A stretch of 64,000 nt of DNA. Origin: a virus (lineage: Duplodnaviria; Caudoviricetes). How positions within the stretch are numbered: position 1 is the first letter of the stretch; every line of letters starts with the position of its first letter. This document shows positions 50,782 through 59,364 of this stretch, one piece after another. Location of the stretch: positions 51,302-115,301 of the IMG/VR virus record IMGVR_UViG_3300026549_000050. One strand, given 5' to 3'. The notes under the pieces were generated by a model. That model searched no databases, was not told the origin of the DNA, and saw nothing but the letters and a program-made list of their open reading frames with translations. Both the position numbers and the translations under genes were made by a program.

Positions 50782-53700
50782 TTACATAAGTGGAGATTAT
50801 AGATATAAATATGAGCCTGGCAGTGGAGTCGCCGCGATAGAGGCTATAGATAAGACTAAAACCTCTTATGGAACTATTCAAAGCCCTATCAGTATTGAAG
50901 GACAATCATATGTTGTTACTGATATGTCATATTGTTTTGAGGGATGCGCAAAAATGACCGCGTGTCCCTCAATACCAGATACAGTTACAAATTTAGCACA
51001 TTGTTTTAATGGATGTCTAAATTTAGCGCGTATTACGGCTCTACCAACTGGAGTTACTAATATGATTTCTTGCTTTGAAAGTTGCTCAAGTTTGGTAAAG
51101 GTGCCAGAATTACCTCAAACCGTTACTGAAGTACACGATTGTTTTTGGGGATGTACGTCGTTAGTAGAAGCACCAAATGTCGCGGCAATTGCTGCGACAG
51201 ACGTAAGTTATCTGTTTTGTAACTGTACGAGTTTAAAATCAGGACCGGATTCTTTTCCAATAGAATTGCCGCCGAATGGTACTAACATGGAGGCTTGTTT
51301 CTTTGGGTGTGAATCTTTGGTTAAAGCTCCAGTTATTTTTGACCAGTATGATAATATAATGTATGGTTTTTACGGATGTACTTCGTTGAAAGGTGGATTA
51401 TATGTAGCCAGCAATCCTACTTATTATACGAATATATTTGGAGAAACTGTTGAAGATATATGTATTATTGATTGGTCTGCAGAAGATGATTCTATTTGGC
51501 CGGATTTAGTTGGTGGAAATATTTTTTACGAAAAAGATGTCGCGGGCAACCTTACGGTATATAGTGATTATATATATAACAGTGCAGATAATTCAATTTA
51601 TGTATATAATAAAAATAAAACAGTTTATGATTCGTTTGATGTGGTTGAACGAACTTTTACAAGTTTAGAAAACTGTTTTAAAGATTGCATTAATCTACAA
51701 TCTGTAATAAATATACCAGATGGAATTACCAACTTAAAAAATTGTTTTTCAGGCTGTACGTCAGTGGGTGGTACAATGCAAGTACCCAATAATATAACGG
51801 CTGCAAATGTTAGTGGTATATTTGATGATACGGTAGAAGATATATATCTATGGTATTATGGTGATTCAACAGTATGGCATACGGTTGCAGATTTATATTC
51901 TAATGTTCATATTGAATTGCCAAGCGATGGTTTCGATGAAGGAGATTATCATTATACGTTTGAGGATAATTATACCCTTTCATGCTATGCGATAGATAAA
52001 ACAAAAACAACATATGGTGCATTTACTATTACTTTTGCAATTAATGGATATACTTATACAACAACTGATTTATCAAATTGTTTTGATAATTGTAAAAGTA
52101 TGATTTCTTCTCCAGTGATTCCATCTACAATTACCAACATAGATGAATGTTATAAAAACTGTGAATCGTTAGCAGGTAATATCACAGTTTCAACTTATTC
52201 TTTAAATAGTGCAGATAATGTATTTGTCGGTACTGCAAGACCTATATTTATAATACGTAGTGACTCAAGTGGTAGTCCTACTTCCTGGCGCGCGGTTGCA
52301 AGTCAGTTCTCAAATGTACATTTTGAAACTGACGATGTGGGTTCTCCCAAAGTTGAAGCTATTACTTTGCAAATTGGTGTTGGTACTGGAGATACCTGGT
52401 ATTATGATTCTGAAGGACACAGCTTACAAGTTAAGGTTAGTATTACCGTAGATACAAATAATTTGCCGGTTGGCTATACGAATGGTTTAGAAAATAACGC
52501 ACCGGTTATAAAAATTGAAGATGTAGTTTATGCTTCTACAGATTGGTCTAAGATTAATAATATATATACTGGCTATGTAGCTATAACAGATTCAATAAAA
52601 GAAAAAACTAGAACTGTCACAGTTGAAGCTACTGATTTATATGGTAATTCACACTCAAATACTGCACAGTTAGAAAGTATTTTCGTAATGCTGGATTTTA
52701 AAGATGGTGGTAAGGGTATGGCTATTGGCCGTGTAGCAATAAGAAATGGCTTAACCATACAAATTCCTACTGCTATTGGTAATGGATTAAAACCGCCTAC
52801 AACCGCGAGCGGAGATGTAGATTTAAATAATTTCCAGTTAGTTATTGGTAATTATAATGAAGAGATTGCAGATGCAGACTTTGTCGTAGGTAGTGGTACT
52901 GGAAATAATAGTCGTAGAAATTCTTTCGTGGTAAAGGGTGGTGGTATATATTGTTATGATGAGATTAAGACACCAGTAATGGCAATTAATACAGCCAATA
53001 ATTATCCAACTCGCGAGGAGTTTGAAAGAGATGATATAGATGGAAACTACAATACTACAATTACAAATATTACATTACCAACAAGTGGAGAGATACGTTA
53101 TTATTTAACTTATATTAATATTGGTCATTATGTATTAACCGAAGATACAGAGGCAATTGAGGGGAAAACATATTATTCTAAATCTGAAAACGTATATACG
53201 CCAGTTACAGATTTGGAACCAACAGATAATCCTCAAGAATTAGGTCTATATGAATTAATGGTTATACCTAATACAACTAATGATATTACACACTCTTATT
53301 CTACCTTTAATACGCCAACATATTTTGATTTAACCGCGGGAACATCAGCTGTTTCCATAGGCACACTTACTGTAACTCCTAATTTAAATTCTATTAATTT
53401 AACGATAAGTTTTGATACTTCATATGTGATATTTTATAACTTAAATGTGAATTATCCAGTAATAAATGAAAATTATGTATCATATGCTTTTGGTAAATAT
53501 TTAAATGTTAATCAAGAATTACAATTTGTAACTGGAATTTATAATAAAAACAATGCATTAAATGTATTAGAAATTGGTAACGGAACCTCTGACAGTGCTC
53601 GCTCCAACGCTCTAACAGTAGATTGGTCTGGCAACACAGACATAGCAGGTAAACTTCGCCCTATGGGCAATACACAACGAACAGGCGTAAGTTATATTGC

Positions 53701-54457
53701 AGGAGCTAGGGGCGACGCAGCTCTTATATATCAACCTCACACCACAAGTAATAGATGGACGCCTGTATTAGTTCAGCAGACAAAAGGTGGCGGCTCTTGG
53801 CAAATTGGAAACTATGATACTGAAAGTTTAGTTTTTCTGTATTGCACAAAGGCTAATATTGACTCGCAGACCAATACGGTAACAAAGTCCATAGTCTTCG
53901 CCACTGATGGAATTAGTGCCGATAGTATCGCCAATCTTCCTGCAAGTAAGATAACAAGCGGTACATTTAGTGCAGACAGAATACCAAGTCTCAATGCAAG
54001 TAAGATAAACGCTGGAACATTTGATGCTGCAAGAATACCAAGTCTCAACGCAAGTAAGATAAACGCTGGAACATTTGATGCTGCAAGAATACCAAGTCTT
54101 GACGCAGGGAAGATAGGTTCTGGAACACTCGCAGACGCTAGAATACCAGCTGGCATATTGAGGAAAACTGAGCTGGTGGCGACAGAACACTCTCTAAAAA
54201 CAGATGTTAATGTTACTGCAAATTCGTACGTTTCGTTCACCGCAAAAGTGTCAAAGAGTGGGTATTATCCTCTGGGCGTTGTCGGATGGCGATGTGCTAA
54301 CGGTAATGGTAGCGGAAGCTCATACGCTTTGCCATTCATCTTGAGGATATATAGTGCTAGTAGTGGAAGCGCAACTGTCTCAGTTAGTTTAAGAGCTCCA
54401 GGCGGAGCTGTAAACAATTGTACATTCTACGCAACTATATTATGGCGTAAGGAATAA
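50774..54457 (+). CDS. Tail fibre/receptor-binding protein with BspA-like LRR blocks
   Basis: CFxGCxSL LRR repeats in three blocks, MLDFKDGGKGMAIG fibre motif, IGNGTSDSARSNA motif, 18-aa repeats near the C-terminus. Confidence 0.7.
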   Translation: MTNYISGDYRYKYEPGSGVAAIEAIDKTKTSYGTIQSPISIEGQSYVVTDMSYCFEGCAKMTACPSIPDTVTNLAHCFNGCLNLARITALPTGVTNMISCFESCSSLVKVPELPQTVTEVHDCFWGCTSLVEAPNVAAIAATDVSYLFCNCTSLKSGPDSFPIELPPNGTNMEACFFGCESLVKAPVIFDQYDNIMYGFYGCTSLKGGLYVASNPTYYTNIFGETVEDICIIDWSAEDDSIWPDLVGGNIFYEKDVAGNLTVYSDYIYNSADNSIYVYNKNKTVYDSFDVVERTFTSLENCFKDCINLQSVINIPDGITNLKNCFSGCTSVGGTMQVPNNITAANVSGIFDDTVEDIYLWYYGDSTVWHTVADLYSNVHIELPSDGFDEGDYHYTFEDNYTLSCYAIDKTKTTYGAFTITFAINGYTYTTTDLSNCFDNCKSMISSPVIPSTITNIDECYKNCESLAGNITVSTYSLNSADNVFVGTARPIFIIRSDSSGSPTSWRAVASQFSNVHFETDDVGSPKVEAITLQIGVGTGDTWYYDSEGHSLQVKVSITVDTNNLPVGYTNGLENNAPVIKIEDVVYASTDWSKINNIYTGYVAITDSIKEKTRTVTVEATDLYGNSHSNTAQLESIFVMLDFKDGGKGMAIGRVAIRNGLTIQIPTAIGNGLKPPTTASGDVDLNNFQLVIGNYNEEIADADFVVGSGTGNNSRRNSFVVKGGGIYCYDEIKTPVMAINTANNYPTREEFERDDIDGNYNTTITNITLPTSGEIRYYLTYINIGHYVLTEDTEAIEGKTYYSKSENVYTPVTDLEPTDNPQELGLYELMVIPNTTNDITHSYSTFNTPTYFDLTAGTSAVSIGTLTVTPNLNSINLTISFDTSYVIFYNLNVNYPVINENYVSYAFGKYLNVNQELQFVTGIYNKNNALNVLEIGNGTSDSARSNALTVDWSGNTDIAGKLRPMGNTQRTGVSYIAGARGDAALIYQPHTTSNRWTPVLVQQTKGGGSWQIGNYDTESLVFLYCTKANIDSQTNTVTKSIVFATDGISADSIANLPASKITSGTFSADRIPSLNASKINAGTFDAARIPSLNASKINAGTFDAARIPSLDAGKIGSGTLADARIPAGILRKTELVATEHSLKTDVNVTANSYVSFTAKVSKSGYYPLGVVGWRCANGNGSGSSYALPFILRIYSASSGSATVSVSLRAPGGAVNNCTFYATILWRKE
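53941..54150 (+). repeat. 54-bp tandem repeat (SLNASKINAGTFDAARIP)
   Basis: AGAATACCAAGTCT recurs at 53978, 54032 and 54086; two nearly identical units plus degenerate flanks. Confidence 0.9.
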
Positions 54458-54469
54458 TAAGGAGGGCTT

Positions 54470-54628
54470 ATGAATAACGAATTAAAAACAATACATGATT
54501 ATTTAATGCGAATAGAAGTAAAAGGCGATAGTGCTATATATTTAGCTGAAACTCTGGTCAGAATAAGACGTGTTATTCAAGAATTTGAAACTTCTACGGA
54601 CGAACCACAGACTACTGAGTTATCATGA
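54470..54628 (+). CDS. Small hypothetical protein (52 aa, not in ORF track)
   Basis: AAGGAGG RBS; MNNELKTIHDYLMRIEVKGDSAIYLAETLVRIRRVIQEFETSTDEPQTTELS. Confidence 0.6.
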   Translation: MNNELKTIHDYLMRIEVKGDSAIYLAETLVRIRRVIQEFETSTDEPQTTELS

Positions 54629-54689
54629 TTTACTTAGCACTAGCATACATAGTTGTATTTGGCGCACTTTTATTATCAAACTAACCTTA

Positions 54690-54716
54690 AAAAGACCACA
54701 CAATTGTGGTCTTTTT
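54690..54716 (+). terminator. Intrinsic terminator ending the tail operon
   Basis: AAAAGACCACA-CAAT-TGTGGTCTTTTT. Confidence 0.8.
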
Positions 54717-54894
54717 AAATTTCCAAAAAAATTCAACTTTTTGACTCAAAAAAGTTTAACCTATTCTTCCAAAACCCACTTCTAAGTGTAGACAAGAGTT
54801 CTACAATACAAACGGCTTGGCTCACAACATATACACATACCCTGAGCCAAGCCTCCCTTCCTTAATTTTTGTCTCAAAAAAGGAGACCTAATCA

Positions 54895-55278
54895 ATGTCT
54901 TATATCCCATACAACCCGAATCCCAAAAAACTCTCAGTTGGCGATTGCACAATCCGCGCTATTTCTTGTGCGCTAAATTATTCTTGGAAAAAAACTTATT
55001 TGTCTCTTGTCATCCAAGGCTTCCTTATGTATGATATGCCTTCAGCCAACAGAGTTTGGGGAGAATTTTTAAAATCAAAAGGTTTTAAAAAATTTCAAAT
55101 ACCAGATACGTGTCCAGATTGTTATACAATTAGAGATTTTTGTTATGAAAATCCAGTTGGTACGTTTATTCTCGGCACAGGAGAACACGTAGTTTGCGTC
55201 ATAGATGGAGACTACTACGACTCCTGGGATTCGGGGTATGAGATACCTATCTACTATTTTACAAGGAGATATATATAA
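54895..55278 (+). CDS. Putative papain/C39-like peptidase (cluster gene 1)
   Basis: GDCTIRAIS...GEHVVCVIDG.YYDSWDS: candidate Cys-His-Asp triad. Confidence 0.55.
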   Translation: MSYIPYNPNPKKLSVGDCTIRAISCALNYSWKKTYLSLVIQGFLMYDMPSANRVWGEFLKSKGFKKFQIPDTCPDCYTIRDFCYENPVGTFILGTGEHVVCVIDGDYYDSWDSGYEIPIYYFTRRYI

Positions 55279-55692
55279 ATGGCTACGAATTACAATTCTT
55301 ATTTTCCGCAGACGTATACGCAGATGCCATACGTTTACGGCGGCGGTGCGGTCGCACCCTCGACGTCAACTGCGCCAGTTTCAAATCAAGGTTCTACAAG
55401 CTTTATAAATTGGGTACAAGGTGAGGCGGGCGCCAAATCAATCAATGTACCGGCGGGCCAGACAGTTTTATTAATGGATTCAGAAACAAATGTATTCTAT
55501 GTAAAATCATCTGATGTGTCTGGTTTTCCACTTCCTATACGTACATTCAAATACGAAGAGATATCCCAGGACGCGACCGAGGACGGCCCGCCGCCCTCAA
55601 CGTATGTCACAAAGGAAGAACTCGACGAACGCCTTACTGAACTCACATCTAAAATAAAGGAGGGTAAATCAAATGGGAAATTCGATATATAA
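55279..55692 (+). CDS. Conserved hypothetical protein (cluster gene 2)
   Basis: WVQGEAGAKS...LMDSETNVFYVKSSD, YVTKEEL. Confidence 0.7.
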   Translation: MATNYNSYFPQTYTQMPYVYGGGAVAPSTSTAPVSNQGSTSFINWVQGEAGAKSINVPAGQTVLLMDSETNVFYVKSSDVSGFPLPIRTFKYEEISQDATEDGPPPSTYVTKEELDERLTELTSKIKEGKSNGKFDI

Positions 55693-55870
55693 TGATTTTA
55701 ACCCTTCTAATTTTTCTAATTTCTTAAATCAATTCAATCAATTCCGTTCTACTTTTTCTGGTAACCCCAAGCAACAAGTACAACAGCTAATACAAAGTGG
55801 GCGTATGAGCCAACAACAATTCAATCAACTTTCACAACAAGCGACTCAACTACGTCAACTTTTTAAATAG
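55673..55870 (+). CDS. Gln/Asn-rich small protein (cluster gene 3)
   Basis: NPKQQVQQLIQSGRMSQQQFNQL; AAGGAGG RBS. Confidence 0.7.
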   Translation: MGNSIYNDFNPSNFSNFLNQFNQFRSTFSGNPKQQVQQLIQSGRMSQQQFNQLSQQATQLRQLFK

Positions 55871-55932
55871 GGCTGTATTGTAAATCTTGTCTACCATTAA
55901 TTATTTCAATCTAATAAAAGGAGGTAGACAAT

Positions 55933-56023
55933 ATGTCTTTAACAGAAGGAATGAGTGCTGCTGATATCGCTGCAGTAACTCGAAATGATGGATTCGGCGG
56001 ATTCGGCGGAGATGGAGCCTGGT
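55933..56023 (+). CDS. Exon 1 of intron-split membrane/coiled-coil protein (cluster gene 4)
   Basis: AAGGAGG RBS, MSLTEGMSAADIAAVTRNDGFGGFGGDGAW plus a T that joins exon 2 in frame. Confidence 0.85.
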
Positions 56024-56201
56024 AGATAACTGCCACTTTATGGGGTGACTCATATTGAAAAATCGCGGAATTAAGCGGGAAGGCTGAGATGCTAATCCGA
56101 ACCGAAGGCTATAGGTAAAATTATAGTCAGGGGCAACGCATAGGTTCTGAAACTCAATAGAGAATATAATGAACCCACGAGGCCGCGATAACTTTTAGAA
56201 A

Positions 56202-56230
56202 TTGACATTTTAATTAAATTATGATATAAT
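56202..56230 (+). promoter_or_regulatory. sigmaA promoter inside intron driving the HNH gene
   Basis: TTGACA-17-TATAAT with TGA extension. Confidence 0.8.
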
Positions 56231-56258
56231 ATAATTGGAGATAAATTAAGATGTTAAT

Positions 56259-56747
56259 ATGGAGTATTTTATGCAAAAAGGAAAATTTTATACGGTTGAT
56301 GATTACGACATTACTTATAATGGAGAAATAATCAATAAGCATAACGGACACGTTTTAAAAGGACAACCTAATTCAAAAGGATATTTAAGAGTTACCATTG
56401 GTAAAAAAATGATGTTTATTCATCGCTTAGTCGCTGAAAAGTGGGTGCCTAATCCAGAACATAAAGAACAGGTGAACCACAAAGATGGTAATAAATTAAA
56501 CAATTGTGCTGACAATCTTGAATGGGTTAATAATCAAGAGAATCGTAATCATGCTGTTGAAGAATTTTTACATCTTCAAGGCGAGGATTGTTCTTATTCT
56601 AAATTAGACTGGAATAAGGTAGAATATATTAGAAGTAATCCAGATAATCTTTTGCATAGAGAACTCGCTGAAATGTTTGGAGTGGCAAGAACCACTATAG
56701 GTGATGTTGTTAATTATCGCACCTGGAAAAAGAAACCTAAAAGTTAA
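56259..56747 (+). CDS. Intron-encoded HNH homing endonuclease (I-HmuI-like) with C-terminal HTH
   Basis: GYLRV...IHRLVA...VNHKDGNKLNN.ADNLEW...EN; lies in the P8 loop. Confidence 0.9.
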   Translation: MEYFMQKGKFYTVDDYDITYNGEIINKHNGHVLKGQPNSKGYLRVTIGKKMMFIHRLVAEKWVPNPEHKEQVNHKDGNKLNNCADNLEWVNNQENRNHAVEEFLHLQGEDCSYSKLDWNKVEYIRSNPDNLLHRELAEMFGVARTTIGDVVNYRTWKKKPKS

Positions 56748-56820
56748 AAAGGTATGCTGAACTATTACGAATATGAAGTAATAGAAGTAAAAGATAAAAA
56801 ACTTTTACGATAACAATTTG

Positions 56821-57503
56821 GGTTAATCGTTCTTTTCTTATTCATGTTCAATGGATGGGGCGGATACGGCTACGGTGGCGGAATGAATGGCGGAGTTGGT
56901 TCCGAAGTACAACGTGGTTTTGACCAGAGCGCAATCATGGGCGGATTAAGTGGCATCCAAGCAGGACTTACTAATGGTTTTGTAGATACTGCGGCCGCAC
57001 TCTGCAACGGTTTTGCGGGCGTTAATGCCGGAATCGCAAATGGTTTTGCACAGGCTGAAATTGCAAACAACGCAAGACAAATCGCTGATATGCAGACTAA
57101 CTTCGGACTTCAATCTCAACTGGCTCAGTGCTGCTGCGAGAACAGATTAGCAAGTGCTGATTTAAAGTATACTATCGCAACAGAAAACTGTGCTGATAGA
57201 ACTGCTTTATCGGATGCACTGAGAGATGTTCTTGAATCTCAAAACGCAGGAGTACAGAGAATACTCGACACAATGTGCCAGGATAAGATTGATGCGAAGA
57301 ATGAAAAAATCGCAGACCTTGAGCGTCAGCTTACAATGGCTAGTATCGCTGCTTCACAAGGCGCGCAGACTGCTGCTATTATCGCTAACAACGAGGCTCA
57401 AACAACTGCTCTGGAACAATATCTCGCACCAGTACCACGTCCAGCTTATATCGTAGACAATCCTAATGGTTGCAACTGCAATACTTGTGGCTGTGCATTT
57501 TAG
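56821..57503 (+). CDS. Exon 2 of intron-split protein (spliced product 257 aa: TM, Gly-rich, coiled coil, CCC, Cys-rich tail)
   Basis: GG TTA ATC GTT CTT TTC TTA TTC ATG gives ...GAW-W-LIVLFLFMFNGWGG; in frame with ORF 56844..57503. Confidence 0.85.
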
Positions 57504-57514
57504 GAGGTAGTTTT

Positions 57515-57964
57515 ATGGCAGAATATTTAGCTAATGCAGTACAAACGGTTGAACTTAATCAGCCTATTGTTTTTACGGCTTCTATTCCTTGTGTTCGTGG
57601 AAATGTAGTCCACGAAGACGAGACAGGAATTTTTATTCTCAGAGGTAATTCTACAAATTGTTTTGCAAGATACCAAGTTACTTTTAACGGAAATATCGCA
57701 CTTCCTACTGGCGGTACAGTCGGGCCAATTGCAGTTGCTATTGCGACCAACGGAGAGGCTAGACCTACTTCCCGCGCGATTGTGACCCCGGCCGCGGTAG
57801 AAGAATATAACAACGTTACAAGCACAGCGATTATAACTGTGCCAAGAGGTTGTTGTTATAGCTTAAGCGTTAGGGCGGTTAGTGGTGTGACTGAAGATGG
57901 TGATACACCAGCGCCTGCGATTGACGTTATAAATTCTAATTTGGTAATTACAAGAATTGCATAG
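57515..57964 (+). CDS. Beta-sandwich protein, BclA-C/C1q-like (cluster gene 5)
   Basis: AGGAGG RBS; QTVELNQPIVF...GIFILRG...YQVTFNGNI...NSNLVITRIA. Confidence 0.55.
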   Translation: MAEYLANAVQTVELNQPIVFTASIPCVRGNVVHEDETGIFILRGNSTNCFARYQVTFNGNIALPTGGTVGPIAVAIATNGEARPTSRAIVTPAAVEEYNNVTSTAIITVPRGCCYSLSVRAVSGVTEDGDTPAPAIDVINSNLVITRIA

Positions 57965-57974
57965 GAGGTGTGTA

Positions 57975-58433
57975 ATGGAAAAGAAAACTATGGATACTCT
58001 CCGTGCGATGATTTGTGGAGAGTTGGAAGATATTGCAAAGAAAGGTGTTTTATCGCATGAAGCTTTGGATATTACGAAAGACTTACTTGATGCTTATAAG
58101 AATATTGAGAAGATTGAGAAATATATCAAAGAGAAGGAAAGCGAATGGGATATGGGATATAGTCAGAGGAAGTATTATATAGATGCTGATTATAATCCTT
58201 ATGGACAGAACTCATATCGTGGACCAATGAATTATGATATGTCTTACGCACGTGGCGGCCAGTCGTATCCAAGCGGAAACTCATATATGTATCCTATGTA
58301 TATGAATCAGGGATATGCGCGCACTGGCTCTCCTCATGAAATGGTTGAGGAGCTAAGGGGTATGATGCATGAGACTACAGACCCAACGGTTAAATCTGCT
58401 ATTTCGGAAGCCATTAAGAAGGTGGAGAAGTAG
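57975..58433 (+). CDS. Helical, Tyr/Met/Gly-rich low-complexity protein (cluster gene 6)
   Basis: AGGAGG RBS; helical ends with a central SY/GY/YAR-rich region. Confidence 0.65.
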   Translation: MEKKTMDTLRAMICGELEDIAKKGVLSHEALDITKDLLDAYKNIEKIEKYIKEKESEWDMGYSQRKYYIDADYNPYGQNSYRGPMNYDMSYARGGQSYPSGNSYMYPMYMNQGYARTGSPHEMVEELRGMMHETTDPTVKSAISEAIKKVEK

Positions 58434-58440
58434 GGTAAGA

Positions 58441-58464
58441 AAGGCGGAGAAATCCGTCTTTTTT
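58441..58464 (+). terminator. Intrinsic terminator closing the six-gene cluster
   Basis: AAGGCGGA-GAAA-TCCGTCTT-TTTT. Confidence 0.8.
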
Positions 58465-58566
58465 ATTGGAAGGAGAAGAGTGGAGTGAGAGGTTGAATTT
58501 TCTACTTTTATTATGGAGATTATATAAAAATTTTGGGCTGTATTGGAAATATGGCAGAGGTGATAT

Positions 58567-59349
58567 ATGGGAGAAATTTTAAGAAAAGACCAGACAATTG
58601 AGAAAATGATTGTGGAAAGGACGATTAGTTATTATGAGAATGATAGGTTGAAGTATTTGAGAGGTGGAGCTTTTTGTGGTTGTACTTCACTTTCTTTGAT
58701 AAATCTACCCAATGTAAGTTATATAGGAGGTAGTGCTTTTGACGGATGCTATGCACTTGTTTCAGTAAATATACCAAATGCAGAATATATAGGTGAAGAA
58801 ACTTTTAGATCTTGTGGTTTACTTACTTCAATAGATTTACCTAACGCAAGTTATATAGGAAATAATGCTTTTTATTATTGTAGTTCACTTACTTCAATAG
58901 ATTTACCTAACGCAAGTTATATAGGAAATAATGCTTTTTATTATTGTAGTTCACTTACTTCGATGGATTTACCAAATGCAAGTTATATAGGAAGTAGTGC
59001 TTTTCAATATTGTTATTCACTTGCTTCAATAGATTTGTCAAATGCAAATTATATAGGAAGCTATGCTTTTTACTGGTGTTCTTCACTTACTTCAATAGAT
59101 TTACCTAATGTAAGTTATATCGAAAATTATACTTTTAGATATTGTGATAAATTAATTAGTCTATATCTTGGTAGTATATCAGTCGTTTCACTCACACATT
59201 CAAATGCATTTACTTCAACTCCAATTGCAGGATATACATCTTATACAAGTGGAATATATGGAAGTATTTACGTACCAGCATCATTATATAACGATTACCT
59301 AATTGCACGAAACTGGTCTTATTTTTCATCTCGTTTTATAAGTATTTAA
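58567..59349 (+). CDS. BspA-type LRR protein (paralog 2)
   Basis: 22-aa repeats and the same C-terminal cap as 39263. Confidence 0.88.
   Translation: MGEILRKDQTIEKMIVERTISYYENDRLKYLRGGAFCGCTSLSLINLPNVSYIGGSAFDGCYALVSVNIPNAEYIGEETFRSCGLLTSIDLPNASYIGNNAFYYCSSLTSIDLPNASYIGNNAFYYCSSLTSMDLPNASYIGSSAFQYCYSLASIDLSNANYIGSYAFYWCSSLTSIDLPNVSYIENYTFRYCDKLISLYLGSISVVSLTHSNAFTSTPIAGYTSYTSGIYGSIYVPASLYNDYLIARNWSYFSSRFISI
58821..58961 (+). repeat. Exact 66-bp tandem duplication within LRR gene
   Basis: Unit starts at 58821, 58887 and 58953 (LTSIDLPNASYIGNNAFYYCSS twice). Confidence 0.9.
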
Positions 59350-59364
59350 AAAGGAGAAAACACT

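Larger units (their letters stand above)
56024..56820 (+). ncRNA. Group I self-splicing intron (797 nt)
   Basis: P1 TGGTAG/CTGCCA with U.G wobble at the 5' splice site, P3 ATCGCGG/CCGCGAT, P7 GCATA/TATGC, perfect 10-bp P8, P9 hairpins, terminal G; splicing restores the reading frame. Confidence 0.9.

Noticed and set aside
54570-54785. 71-aa ORF from the track
   Set aside because: It has no RBS and crosses a terminator; the 54470..54628 ORF with a strong RBS is preferred.
56023-56025. TAG stop after GAW as evidence of stop-codon recoding or a pseudogene
   Set aside because: The TAG spans the exon/intron boundary, and splicing restores the frame. Other genes are intact under the standard code and several end in TAG.
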